DNA of 64,000 nt from positions 1-64,000 of the forward strand of contig JBMFNR010000003.1 of NCBI GenBank assembly GCA_049970055.1, read 5' to 3'. Positions 32,154 through 42,611 of this stretch are shown one piece after another. The first letter of the stretch is position 1; every line of letters begins with the position of its first letter. The position numbers were made by a program, and so were the translations under genes. The notes under the pieces were generated by a model. It saw only the letters and a program-made list of their open reading frames with translations. It was not told the DNA's origin and did no database searches. This DNA is from Fervidobacterium sp. Its GTDB lineage: Bacteria; Thermotogota; Thermotogae; Thermotogales; Fervidobacteriaceae.

Positions 32154-33413
32154 CTACCGTCCTCGTGTTAGTTTTTTTGAAAGGTTTTCTTTTAATTTAT
32201 TCCACCCATCAATAATCGCAAGTAAAAACATAGCAACGAAACCACCAGAAAAACCGTTGTTGTAAAGATTGAATCCCAAGTGTAGATAAGACAAATTCAT
32301 AACTAGTGCACTATGGAGAAATCCGGCGATGATTCCCCAAACAAAACCAAATTCTCCCGCAATAGGTGCAAGAGTTGTACCAAATAGTAACGCAAGAACC
32401 ATGGAAGCACTATTTATTGGTTGAACATTTGTGAGTGCGCCTATAATAACACCTAAAGTGATCGGTAGGATATTTTTAGGGTGTTTTCCCAGCGCACCAA
32501 AACCAGCTAAAGTCATTATACCTCCGATTGTTGGTCCATTAAGAGGTGCACCAATTAGAAGAACATAAGTTGTACCTGCTAAGCCGAGTACTCCAATGTT
32601 GATTATCGAAACAGCTTCATTCTCCAGTAAAACAAAATCTGTTAAAAGTTTTCCACTGTACTTGGTTAAGTTCCAGTATCCTGAAAAAGTCCAATTATTG
32701 AGTTTCAAACCGTATATTAGAGTAAGATAAAAGAACGTGTAAACGAATATAGACAAGAGCAGTTGATTTTCAGTGTACCAGTAGTATCTTGGTTCGGGAT
32801 GCAATTCGTAGGCTTTCATTATTGAACCTAAAAACATTCCTAAAAATCCAGCTGTGAATCCCACGTTATACAGGTTGAATCCCCTGTGTAATGTCAAAGA
32901 AAAGCTTGCAAGTGATGGTAAAAGAAAACCAATTAATAAGACCAATCCAAGACCAATAAAACCTGTATGATTAAGTTTTGTAAGTACAAGATGTGTAGTA
33001 ATCGGAGCTAAAGCGGTACCAAATAACGCCACATATAGGTAAGTACGTATATTTTCACCTATCATTATTGTGTAAAGGAAAACTCCAATTACAATTGGCC
33101 AGACGTTTACTATATTTTTTCCAAACAGTGCAAATCCGCCAATCGTCATTATTGCTGCAATCGAAACACCTGAAGGATTAATCTTTAATAGTTTGAGCAA
33201 AAGTGTGAACAGTAGCATCAACAAACCACTGTTGAAGAACGCACCACCAACACCTGCAATTTCCATATAGTCAGTTATTAGATAATCCTGAGAAATTACT
33301 ATAGTCTTAACTTCGTCAATTAAATTAATATTTCCAACAATTAAACCAAGTGCAATAAACACTAACGCTACTGCGAAAAGAAAGTTATAAATTATCAAAG
33401 AGATACCCCCCAA
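32154..33413 (-). CDS. DUF1576 multi-pass membrane protein
   Basis: LITDYMEIAG, GFALFGKN, duplicated FGT(A/T)LAPI and GFNLYN(V/N)GF; true start may be TTG 33398. Confidence 0.88.
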   Translation of the reverse strand: MGGISLIIYNFLFAVALVFIALGLIVGNINLIDEVKTIVISQDYLITDYMEIAGVGGAFFNSGLLMLLFTLLLKLLKINPSGVSIAAIMTIGGFALFGKNIVNVWPIVIGVFLYTIMIGENIRTYLYVALFGTALAPITTHLVLTKLNHTGFIGLGLVLLIGFLLPSLASFSLTLHRGFNLYNVGFTAGFLGMFLGSIMKAYELHPEPRYYWYTENQLLLSIFVYTFFYLTLIYGLKLNNWTFSGYWNLTKYSGKLLTDFVLLENEAVSIINIGVLGLAGTTYVLLIGAPLNGPTIGGIMTLAGFGALGKHPKNILPITLGVIIGALTNVQPINSASMVLALLFGTTLAPIAGEFGFVWGIIAGFLHSALVMNLSYLHLGFNLYNNGFSGGFVAMFLLAIIDGWNKLKENLSKKLTRGR

Positions 33414-33545
33414 TTATCTCATGTAATCTATGTGAATTATACCGTACTTTGTAAAACAAATATACAAAAAAAGAGTACTTTTTGGGCTCTTGTGTTTTTT
33501 ATAATATTCACTTTTTGGCTTGTCTTAGTTCTTTATATTATTGAG

Positions 33546-34247
33546 CTATGTTCGAAGGTTTTCCCAACTGTTGTTATCATCAGCTTCATTCTTCAAAAAT
33601 CTTACCCCTAGATAGACGATCCAAGTATCAATGTAATCAAGGAAGAATTCAACAACCGTTGTTGTTAGAAATATCTGAAAGTAGGTTTTCATATCAACGA
33701 GCCCAACAAAAGCGATTGTCACAAAGATTAAGTTGTCAATAATTTGGCCCAATTTCGTCGCAGCATTGTTTCTCATCCATAACTTGGTCTTTCTTTTCAG
33801 TGAGTGGTGAATCCAAACCGCTGTGTAACCAGACAAAATAAACGCTGTCCAGCTTGCAATTGCTATTCTTGGTGTTATCGTAAAGACCTGTGAAAGATAA
33901 CTCTGGGCAAAATCATTTCCAGAAGGAATATAACTTGTGTAAACCAGTCCAAGCATTACAAATAAAAGTTGCGCGAAAAATCCGATCCAGACAGCTCTTC
34001 GCCCATCAGATTGTCCATAAACCTCGGTTAGTATTGAATAAATGACGAAAGCCATTCCCATACTCATGTTTGCCGCAGTAACTTCAAGGCCAAATAAATT
34101 GAAAAGCTTTGCAACACCAAGGTTTGAGGCTATTATCAAAGTTGCTAGAACAACATATGCTCCTTCTTTCCTCAAAAATCTTAGCGCAAGTAAAACTGCT
34201 AAACCGGATAAGATATACTCAAGGCCGAGTACAAACAAGTTGAACAT
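33546..34247 (-). CDS. Queuosine precursor transporter (VUT/YhhQ family)
   Basis: ILTEVYG...RRAVWIGF, PRIAIASWTAF, LWMRNN, GQIIDNLIF. Confidence 0.88.
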   Translation of the reverse strand: MFNLFVLGLEYILSGLAVLLALRFLRKEGAYVVLATLIIASNLGVAKLFNLFGLEVTAANMSMGMAFVIYSILTEVYGQSDGRRAVWIGFFAQLLFVMLGLVYTSYIPSGNDFAQSYLSQVFTITPRIAIASWTAFILSGYTAVWIHHSLKRKTKLWMRNNAATKLGQIIDNLIFVTIAFVGLVDMKTYFQIFLTTTVVEFFLDYIDTWIVYLGVRFLKNEADDNNSWENLRT

Positions 34248-34290
34248 ATTCTACAACCTCCTAAAGTTATTCTAAATTCTTTCGTTTTAA

Positions 34291-34626
34291 TTATTGTAAC
34301 TGCTCCAAAGCTTGACTTAAAGACTCAAAAACTCTTATTACTTTATCCATTCCTGTTACTTCGAGCACATGCATTATATTTTCGTTCGGCGCTAGGATTC
34401 CAAGGAATCCATTTTGGTTGATAGCTCTTTTATAAAGACTAATCATCATTCCAAGAGCAAAACTATCTAAGTTCTCCAACTGACTCATATCTAGTAATAT
34501 ATTTTTCTCGCCCTTTTTTAAGAATTCTTCTGTTACCCAGTCACGAAAACTTGTTGAATTTTTCATATTTAGTTCGCCCTTCATTTTGATTACAACAGCG
34601 CCGTTATGTTTTACCCATTCGTACAT
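34291..34626 (-). CDS. STAS-domain anti-sigma factor antagonist
   Basis: LLDMSQLENLDSFALG, VLEVTGMD. Confidence 0.9.
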   Translation of the reverse strand: MYEWVKHNGAVVIKMKGELNMKNSTSFRDWVTEEFLKKGEKNILLDMSQLENLDSFALGMMISLYKRAINQNGFLGILAPNENIMHVLEVTGMDKVIRVFESLSQALEQLQ

Positions 34627-34637
34627 AAAATTTCACC

Positions 34638-35993
34638 TCAATTCAGTAGTACATAGGTTAAATAGATTGCCAAACTTGATGTGAACAAAACTAGCATAGC
34701 TATTGGGAACGTTTCTTTCATAAATTTTTTATTGTTCATTTCTACACCATAAGATTTCAATATTTTTGACCACATTATACCAGCTAAGGCACCTATCAAT
34801 GTTATGTTTCCGCCTATATTTGAACCGAGGATTAAACTCATCGCGTAATATAACGGCTTCCCCCATAGTGCTTGCGCAAAAAATATTGTCATCGGTTGAT
34901 TTATCATAATGTTGGAAGCAAAGGCGGTAGTGTACGATGTAACGATTGTGCCAAGTAAAGGATTTTGAAAGTTAAATAGTAACCCTACGTACTTGGTAAC
35001 ACCCATAAGGGTGAATATATGGACAAATACAAAGAACGTTACAACCATTGGTAGCATTTTCCAAGGAACTCTTTTTAGCGTGTCAATTAGAAAGGTAATG
35101 TTATAATTAAATTTCCCGATTTCTAAGGTAAACTCATTACGCTCTGACATGGAATCGGAATAGGTTGCGTTAAGCAGTATGTAAATTGCGGAAAAAATCA
35201 ATACTGATTTCCAAAGTTGAAAGTTTATAAGGTCTCCTATCGCGACAATAATAAAAAACATTACGAACAATCCCGTAGATAGTATAGCGTATTTTTTGTC
35301 CTTAATGATTGTTTTTTCATCGAGTTGAATCTCAATATCTATCCGCTCAGGTAACTTTTTCTTGTATTGTAGGTAAAATCCTATCGTGGATGTAAAGGCT
35401 GCTGTTAGCGTTGGGAAGAACATCAATTTTACGTAACTGCCGAATGTTAGTGAATACGCTTGTGCAACTATTACGTTAGTTGGATTACCAATGTAAAAAA
35501 ACATGCTCCACGTGTTGGATGTGAAAAATATTGTTATTAAGTACGGAAGAGGATCTATACCTGCGTACTGACTTATATAAACTACTATTGGCGTTAGTGT
35601 TAGTGTAACTATATCGTTTGATGTAAATACAGTCATTACACCTGCAAGAGTTACTAAATTAAAAAACAATTTTTTTCCATTATCTGATGATTTTGCAAAT
35701 TTGTAAGCAATTATTTTTAAAACACCTGAAGCATCGAGTGACCCGCATATGTACGCAGACCCGAAAAATATTATTAAAATTTGCCAGGGTACGATGTTTA
35801 TCTGAGGCATTATAGCAGATTTTATAGTTGTTAGTGATGCAATTCCAGATGCCAGTAAAAGACCAAGTACGCCAAGTGAGACTCTTCCATAGTCAAAAAT
35901 AACTTTCCTGTTCTTGAGTACAAGTTCTGGCTCCTTCACAACTAAGTATACTGTAGCAAAAAATAGGTGGATTGTTATTATCGTTGCTACCAT
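34638..35993 (-). CDS. ArsB/NhaD (IT superfamily) anion permease
   Basis: FTSNDIVTLTLTP, IGNPTN, GSNIGGNITLIGALAGIMW. Confidence 0.85.
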   Translation of the reverse strand: MVATIITIHLFFATVYLVVKEPELVLKNRKVIFDYGRVSLGVLGLLLASGIASLTTIKSAIMPQINIVPWQILIIFFGSAYICGSLDASGVLKIIAYKFAKSSDNGKKLFFNLVTLAGVMTVFTSNDIVTLTLTPIVVYISQYAGIDPLPYLITIFFTSNTWSMFFYIGNPTNVIVAQAYSLTFGSYVKLMFFPTLTAAFTSTIGFYLQYKKKLPERIDIEIQLDEKTIIKDKKYAILSTGLFVMFFIIVAIGDLINFQLWKSVLIFSAIYILLNATYSDSMSERNEFTLEIGKFNYNITFLIDTLKRVPWKMLPMVVTFFVFVHIFTLMGVTKYVGLLFNFQNPLLGTIVTSYTTAFASNIMINQPMTIFFAQALWGKPLYYAMSLILGSNIGGNITLIGALAGIMWSKILKSYGVEMNNKKFMKETFPIAMLVLFTSSLAIYLTYVLLN

Positions 35994-36018
35994 ACTAGCC
36001 TCCTAATTACCTTGAAAG

Positions 36019-36746
36019 TTACATTAGTGGGCCTTTTGTGATCAGTTCTGTTGCTTCCTCGTCTGTAAGTCCTTTTGCCATAAGTGTTTCCAGTTGCTTT
36101 TGGCTGACTCTTCCAATCGAGGCTTCATGCGTTAATTCAGCAAAATCATTCGTAATTTTAAGTACCGGGGTTGTTGAGACCTTTACACTCTCACCTTTCG
36201 TTATTTCTTCGCAAGATATATGTGCTTTTGAATATAGTGCGTTTCCGTAAGCCTCGTTTAGTACGTTAACTTTTGAATTGTCTAAGCCAACAACCACAGT
36301 TTTTGCAAGACCACGCACATGTTCTCCGCGGAGGTGTATTATTTCACTTATATCGACAGTATCATCTTTTGAAGCCTTTACTTTTGAGACCAGTTCACCG
36401 ACTGCGTATTCACCGAGTTCAAGGTTCATGATGACGATAAGTTTACCCACGAGTGTCTTTGTAAGATGGAATGTGTTTTTGTATACACCATCTTTCTGAA
36501 TTTTTGCGTTCGTTACCGTTTTCAACTCTATTGTACTATGACTCCTTCCTGGATTTCTGTATCAACTTGTACACCATTTTCAATCTGTTTATGTGTCAAA
36601 TTAACACCCGGTACGTTGTTCAAACCAATAACTTTATCACCACTGATAATTATTGAAGCTATTCTCTTATCCATAAATTTCGACGCATCGGTTCCAAGCT
36701 TTTCTGTGGCTTTCACAATTGTTTCAAATTCTTTCCTTACGTCCAT
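36019..36746 (-). pseudogene. SufB/D-like Fe-S scaffold gene, frameshifted and apparently internally deleted
   Basis: Two fragments (36528-36746 and 36019-36525); AELTHEASIGRV...LETLMAKGL C-terminus. Confidence 0.8.
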
Positions 36747-36747
36747 A

Positions 36748-37479
36748 TTATTTCAACTCCGCTGGAATATGAATGTTTGGATATTCACATGTTTCACAGC
36801 TGTTTCTGAATGCAGCTATTACATTATCTGTCTTTCCATGCATCAGGACTTTTCCTGAACAGATTAGATAACCATAATCTGTATTTGCTGCCATCTCTTC
36901 CCTTTGTGTAATGTTTATAGGTGTACCACCGTATTGGGCAATATAATTAACTATATCGTTTACTATTGAGAGACTCTTTAAGTCTATACCTGAATCTGGT
37001 TCGTCTAAGATAACGTACTTCTGTTTTAAAAGTAAGATTGATGCAAGTTCCACTCGTTTTCGTTCCCCACCACTTAATGTTTTGCCAGTAAATCTTTTTA
37101 AGTATATATTTGCGTTGAAACCAACAAACTCCAAAGCTTCCATTATTTCCGATTTTTGAACGGATATTTTTCCACCAAGCGTAAGGTAATTCTCTACGGT
37201 CAAACCATCAAATCTTGCGGGTTCTTGTCACATTAGTGTTATGCCAAGCCGTGCACGTTCTGTAACAGATAGGTTTGTTATATCTTGTCCATTCAGCAAA
37301 ACTCTACCTTCTAATGGCTTGTAACCATCAAGTCCCATTATCATGTATCCTATTGTGCTTTTTCCCGCACCGTTCGTACCTAGTATAGTGTATCGGTAAC
37401 CTGGTATGAATTTCATTGATAAGTTACTTAAAATTTGCTTTTCTTGAGTTCTGTAGGAAACATTTTCAAGTTCGAGCAC
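36748..37479 (-). pseudogene. SufC-like ABC ATPase with in-frame TGA
   Basis: GTNGAGKST...GITLM*QEPARFDGLTV...LSGGERKRVELA, LDEPDSGID, C-terminal CETC; TGA at 37228-37230. Confidence 0.88.
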
Positions 37480-37506
37480 AGAGTCCCATCTTTTTGCTGA
37501 TATATT

Positions 37507-38214
37507 TTATACCTTCGAAACATTATTGCCGTCAAATTTTCCAATTGTCTTAAATAAATCCGTCCGTTTACAAAATTCTACGTCTTTTTGAAAACCAAGT
37601 TGAATTAATTTTTTTGCGTGCGATCCTGTAAAATCTGGTTTGCTAAGAGAATTCCAAAGTTGGTATGCGATTTTAGACGTGTCGGTTAATTCGTATGAAT
37701 GTTTTTCCATTAGCTTTTTAATGATAAATCCTGCAAGTTGTGTATCTTCATAGGATGGTTTTCCGTTGTTTCCAGCACAAACTATGGCTATCTTTTTGTA
37801 GTGTGAAATCTCTTTTACTAAAGCTGAAATGTTCAAAAAAGCACCAATATATACATTATCCGACAAAATCATAGCTTTTAAAAGGGCCTTCGTTCCGTTT
37901 GTTGTTGTTAGTACAATTTTGCGGTTATTAACTACCTCCTCCTTGAATTCTAACGGAGAATTGCCAAGGTCGAATCCTTTTGGTTTTAAACCTTTTCTTT
38001 CGCCGCAAATTAAAAAACCTGTTTTTTTAAGTTCAAAAGCTTCGTTGATTGTGGAAACAGGAATGATAGCACTTGCACTATTGCTTAATGCAGTTATCAT
38101 TGTTGATGTGGCTCGTAATACATCGATTACTACAGCTGCTTCAAACCTGTAAAATTCTTGGTGCACCTTAGTAACTTTGTCTATCTCGCTGAAGGTAAAA
38201 AAAGTTTCTATCAA
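37507..38214 (-). CDS. comB: 2-phosphosulfolactate phosphatase (ComB family)
   Basis: VIDVLRATST, CGERKG, FDLGNSP, LTTTNGT; TTG start after AGGTG. Confidence 0.9.
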   Translation of the reverse strand: MIETFFTFSEIDKVTKVHQEFYRFEAAVVIDVLRATSTMITALSNSASAIIPVSTINEAFELKKTGFLICGERKGLKPKGFDLGNSPLEFKEEVVNNRKIVLTTTNGTKALLKAMILSDNVYIGAFLNISALVKEISHYKKIAIVCAGNNGKPSYEDTQLAGFIIKKLMEKHSYELTDTSKIAYQLWNSLSKPDFTGSHAKKLIQLGFQKDVEFCKRTDLFKTIGKFDGNNVSKV

Positions 38215-38369
38215 TTTAAACACCTACTTAATTGATCAACTTTTAATCGATCAACCTTGGTCAGTCTTGATTGATTTTACAAAAAAAACAGGGTATATAA
38301 TCATATATCTACCCTATCATATTATACCTTACAAAAGGTGCCAAAGATTTCTAAATTCGGGAAAACAAA

Positions 38370-40064
38370 TTAATTTTCTGTTAATCTTTTGATAAAATCG
38401 TTCACAGCCATAGGTTTGCCAAAATAATACCCTTGGAAGAGTCTAAAACCAATCATTGATAGTATTTCCAATTGCTTTTCGTTTTCAACGCCCTCTGGTA
38501 TAGCTTCGAGTTGGAATGATTTTGCAATATTGTATATTGCTTCAAGAAGCTTTGCAGACTTCTTGTCTTCAGGAAGCTTGAAAACAAATGATCTATCTAT
38601 TTTAATCTTTTTAAGTGGTAGCATAGATAGATAGTAAAGTGAAGAATAACCTGTGCCAAAATCGTCTATACAAAGTTGAAAACCATAACTGAGTAACTTT
38701 TCTATGTTATTTTTTACAACTTCAGTCATATCAATAAGTATGTTTTCGGTGATCTCAATAACAATTTTCGATGGATCGACACCGTAAGCTTTGAGAATTT
38801 CGAAAAATCTTTCCGCCATATTTTGGTCACGCAATTGAACGGGACTTACGTTAACGTCAATGAACTCAAGAGATGGAATTCTTTCAAAAGTTTCACAAAC
38901 TTGCCTAAGAATTTCTTCTCCAACGGGAACGATCATACCATTTTCTTCGAGTAAATTGATAAATTCTACAGGTGGTACTACACTTCCGTCTTTTTTCACC
39001 CACCTCACAAGGGCTTCTGCGCCTATTATTCTTCCATGGTACTGACTTATCGGCTGGAGGAATACTTTTAAATCTTTGTTATAGAGAGCTTCTTTTAGCA
39101 ATTTTTCCTTAATCGATTTCTCTTGTAATTCCGTATCTATCAGAAAACTGTAGAAAACTACCTTGTCTCTCGATGATTTGGCACGTTTAAGAGCCAGGTT
39201 GACTTTCCTCATAACTTCTTCAAAGTGATCAAGCATACTGAATGCGTGAATTCCAAAAGAGAATTTCACATCGAATGCCTCATTTTGGATGTAGTACGTT
39301 TTTGAAATTTCATGAAGGATCTTCGTAACTATAGATTGCAAAATTTCTCTTGCCTGTTGGTATGATTTACCTACCTTTTCTACAAGAATCCAAAATTCAT
39401 CTGCGTACGGTCGGGCAATGGTATCTCCCTCTCGAAGTGAACTTTTTATGCGTGATGCTATAGCCTTTAACAACTCATCGCCAATTTGATGCCCTTTTAG
39501 AATGTTTATTTGGCTGAAATTGTTTACATCTATATAGATTAACCCATGATAATCGTCAATAGAAGAAAATTCATTTAGACTTGACAACTTTTTAATAAAA
39601 TATCCTCTCGTATACAAACCTGTCAGCGTATCTCTTTGAAGTATATTCTTTACAACACTCAATGCCTCTTTTTCAGCACTAATATCTGTGTAAAACGCAT
39701 AAAGTAGCGGATCAATTTTTCCATTTTCAGATATCTTTGCAACAGTCAGTCTAACGCTTATTTCTGTTCCGTCTTTACGTTTTCTTATAGTTTCAGCTCT
39801 AAGCGTGTTATTTTGCAAGGCAAACTCTCTCAATTTTTTTGGTTCTTCCTTTATAGTTTCTGGGACAATGAGGTTATCAACAACATGGCCAATGACTTCA
39901 TCTTCCCTAAAACCGAACATATCTAGAAAGTATTTATTGCACTTAAGTACTGTGCCATCTGATTTCAGGATAACAACCCCATCAGGAACATTGTTGAAAA
40001 GAGCATCGAACATTTCAACAAGTTCTTCTTTTAAAGTATTGTAGTCTACCCCTTCACTAAACAT
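38370..40064 (-). CDS. PAS-GGDEF-EAL c-di-GMP signalling protein
   Basis: PAS (RKRKDGT), DTLTGL, degenerate YADEF, EALVRW, IDDFGTGYSSL, KIDRSF, EGVE. Confidence 0.93.
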   Translation of the reverse strand: MFSEGVDYNTLKEELVEMFDALFNNVPDGVVILKSDGTVLKCNKYFLDMFGFREDEVIGHVVDNLIVPETIKEEPKKLREFALQNNTLRAETIRKRKDGTEISVRLTVAKISENGKIDPLLYAFYTDISAEKEALSVVKNILQRDTLTGLYTRGYFIKKLSSLNEFSSIDDYHGLIYIDVNNFSQINILKGHQIGDELLKAIASRIKSSLREGDTIARPYADEFWILVEKVGKSYQQAREILQSIVTKILHEISKTYYIQNEAFDVKFSFGIHAFSMLDHFEEVMRKVNLALKRAKSSRDKVVFYSFLIDTELQEKSIKEKLLKEALYNKDLKVFLQPISQYHGRIIGAEALVRWVKKDGSVVPPVEFINLLEENGMIVPVGEEILRQVCETFERIPSLEFIDVNVSPVQLRDQNMAERFFEILKAYGVDPSKIVIEITENILIDMTEVVKNNIEKLLSYGFQLCIDDFGTGYSSLYYLSMLPLKKIKIDRSFVFKLPEDKKSAKLLEAIYNIAKSFQLEAIPEGVENEKQLEILSMIGFRLFQGYYFGKPMAVNDFIKRLTEN

Positions 40065-40287
40065 ATATATCCACCCTTCTAAGAAAAGTATGATCTAAAG
40101 ATAGGTATGAAAAAAGTTGAGTAAAATACTAATAAATGATAAAATAACAATAACTTCGCAAAAATTTCTGGAGCATTACTTGGTTCTTTAAAGTTAACAT
40201 ATGTTACTTCTCATTAAAAATATATCACAATGTGCTCAGAAAATTAGTGGAATTTTTAATAAAATAAAAATAAAAAGGAGGATTCTT

Positions 40288-41403
40288 ATGGATGCATTAC
40301 AGCTACACGAATTATTAAAGGGAAAGTATAGAATGTTGCCGACAATTGAAGTTACTGATGAAAATTTGAAATTACTTTACACCCCAGGTGTTGGAGATGT
40401 AGCGAGGAAATGTGCAGAAAATCCGGAAAATACGTTTATTTACACGAGAAGAAAACACGCAATTGCGATTGTTAGTGACGGAAGTGCTGTTTTAGGTTTG
40501 GGCAACATAGGAGCGTACGGAGCACTCCCAGTTATGGAAGGTAAAGCTATATTATTTAAGCAATTTGGTGATTTGGAAGCATTTCCAATATGTATAAATA
40601 CACAGAATATCGACGAAATCGTTGCATTTGTTAAGGCCCTTGAACCTTCTGTTGGAGGTATAAACTTAGAAGATATTTCAGCACCACGCTGTTTTGAAAT
40701 ATTGGAAAGATTGAATAATCAAATGAAGATTCCAGTATTTCACGATGACCAACAGGGGACTGCTGTAGTTGTGATAGCCGGCTTGCTAAACGCTCTGAAA
40801 TTAGCTGGGAAAAAAATCGAGGAAGTAAAAATTGTTGTTAACGGCATTGGTGCTGCTGGATATAATATTGTGAAACTATTGATGAAATTTGGTGCGAAGC
40901 ATGTTGTACCGTGCGATGTTAATGGTATAATAAATGAAAAAACAGCTCTTCACAAATATCATGTGGAGATCAGTGAACTCACAGGTAATCTTAATAACAC
41001 CGGTTCTTTAAGAGATGCTATTGTTGACGCTGATGTCTTTATAGGTGTCTCAAAGGGAGGAATTTTGTCAGGAGACGATGTAAAGAGAATGAACAAAGCA
41101 CCGATCATTTTCGCGCTGGCAAACCCTTATCCAGAGATAATGCCAAAGGATGCTTACGGAAATGGTGCTTTTATTGTTGCAACTGGACGGTCGGATTTCA
41201 TTAACCAGGTAAATAATTTACTTGCATTCCCAGGCATCATGAAAGCAGCTATAGAAAAACAAGTTAAGATCAACGAGCAATTTCTAATCAAAGCAGCACA
41301 TATACTCTCAAGTATCATTGAACCTTCAAAAGATCGAATTTTACCGAAAGCTACTGATAGGAGAGTTCATGATGAACTGTATTATGGACTTTTGGAAACC
41401 TGA
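40288..41403 (+). CDS. NAD(P)-dependent malic enzyme
   Basis: YTPGV, DGSAVLGLGNIG, PVMEGKA, FHDDQQGTA, ATGRSD; ATG after AAGGAGG. Confidence 0.95.
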   Translation: MDALQLHELLKGKYRMLPTIEVTDENLKLLYTPGVGDVARKCAENPENTFIYTRRKHAIAIVSDGSAVLGLGNIGAYGALPVMEGKAILFKQFGDLEAFPICINTQNIDEIVAFVKALEPSVGGINLEDISAPRCFEILERLNNQMKIPVFHDDQQGTAVVVIAGLLNALKLAGKKIEEVKIVVNGIGAAGYNIVKLLMKFGAKHVVPCDVNGIINEKTALHKYHVEISELTGNLNNTGSLRDAIVDADVFIGVSKGGILSGDDVKRMNKAPIIFALANPYPEIMPKDAYGNGAFIVATGRSDFINQVNNLLAFPGIMKAAIEKQVKINEQFLIKAAHILSSIIEPSKDRILPKATDRRVHDELYYGLLET

Positions 41404-41422
41404 AACTACTGAGGTGAAGAAT

Positions 41423-41824
41423 ATGAAAAGGATCATTCCTTTGTTTTTGTTGGTCGTTATCTGTGTGGCATCTTTTTCTAATGTTAGTTCAAAGAGCAGT
41501 ATATATGTATCTCTTAGCAACGAAAATTTTATTAGCGTTGAGTTTAGGTCGTATATGGATAATTATTCCAACATCTTTGCTTCTGTTGGCTTGAATCATA
41601 TAAAAACTGGATTTCGTTTCTCTTCGAAGCATACGCAAGGTATGTATTTAAGTCCGCATCTGTCAATAAAGTATAACGGCGTTCTCTCGTTTGGGTTTGT
41701 CGTAGGTTGGTCAGAAGTGGTGGGGAATTTGCGTAATATTGAAATTTTCGTCGAAGCTGGAGGAGTTAACATTCCACAAAGGCCCACAGGTGTAGTGGTT
41801 GTGGGATGTCATGTAAAATTTTAA
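41423..41824 (+). CDS. Exported beta-rich protein, possible small outer-membrane barrel
   Basis: Signal peptide MKRIIPLFLLVVICVASFS, amphipathic strands, C-terminal Phe; GAGGTG RBS. Confidence 0.7.
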   Translation: MKRIIPLFLLVVICVASFSNVSSKSSIYVSLSNENFISVEFRSYMDNYSNIFASVGLNHIKTGFRFSSKHTQGMYLSPHLSIKYNGVLSFGFVVGWSEVVGNLRNIEIFVEAGGVNIPQRPTGVVVVGCHVKF

Positions 41825-41871
41825 AAATGCTCTAGATACTTTATTTTGACTTTCATAAGGGGGGAGTATTT

Positions 41872-42552
41872 TTGGAAGGTTTAATTCCCGTATTTGTTAA
41901 TTTCTTTGCAGTTATATTAGGTAGTTGTATTGGTTTGTTCTTCAAAAAAGGTATCTCAGAAAAATATCGCCAGATCCTCTTTTTCGCCGTTGGGTTATCT
42001 ACACTTGGAATTGGCATCAAAATGATTCTGGATGTTAACAATTTCCTGGTAGTACTTTTTTCGATGGCATTCGGTGGACTAATAGGAGAACTTTTGAACA
42101 TTGAAGGATTTCTAAAAAAAATTGGAGATAAAATGCAAGAAGGTGACTTTTCAACAGGTTTTGTAACTGCCTCTTTATTGTTCTTGGTAGGTCCGATGAC
42201 GATTGTCGGGTCAATAACGGCTGGTCTAAAAGGGGATGGATCACTGATATTCACAAAGTCTTTACTTGATTTCATTTCATCGATTGTACTGTCTTCAACA
42301 TATGGTTTGGGAGTAATGGTTTCTGCAGTTAGTGTGTTAATCGTTCAAGGTAGTATTACACTTTTTGCAAGTTCATTAACATTTTTAACTCAGCCTGTTT
42401 ATTTAAACGATCTTATTGCCGTTGGTGGGTTGATGGTCGTTGGTATAGGATTGAGAATTTTAGAAATCAAAGATACCCGTGTTGGAAACTTCCTTCCAGC
42501 CTTGTTTGTTGAACCTTTATTGATATTGATTTTGCATTTTTTTAAAATTTAG
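41872..42552 (+). CDS. DUF554 membrane protein
   Basis: GFVTASLLFLVGPMTIVGS, KSLLD, VGNFLPA. Confidence 0.9.
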   Translation: MEGLIPVFVNFFAVILGSCIGLFFKKGISEKYRQILFFAVGLSTLGIGIKMILDVNNFLVVLFSMAFGGLIGELLNIEGFLKKIGDKMQEGDFSTGFVTASLLFLVGPMTIVGSITAGLKGDGSLIFTKSLLDFISSIVLSSTYGLGVMVSAVSVLIVQGSITLFASSLTFLTQPVYLNDLIAVGGLMVVGIGLRILEIKDTRVGNFLPALFVEPLLILILHFFKI

Positions 42553-42561
42553 TAAACAAAT

Positions 42562-42593
42562 AAAAGCGGTCTCTCGGCGAGACCGCTTCTTTT
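42562..42593. terminator. Bidirectional terminator
   Basis: AAGCGGTCTC-TCGGC-GAGACCGCTT with A and T flanks. Confidence 0.8.
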
Positions 42594-42611
42594 ATATTAC
42601 AAGATAACACC

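Noticed and set aside
26053..37230. In-frame stops as stop-codon recoding or selenocysteine
   Set aside because: They fall at expected Gly and Trp positions, include a TAA, and co-occur with frameshifts; TGA is a normal stop in intact genes here
38230..38275. Repeated TTGATCAA-like words upstream of comB
   Set aside because: Short, irregularly spaced and no linked regulator
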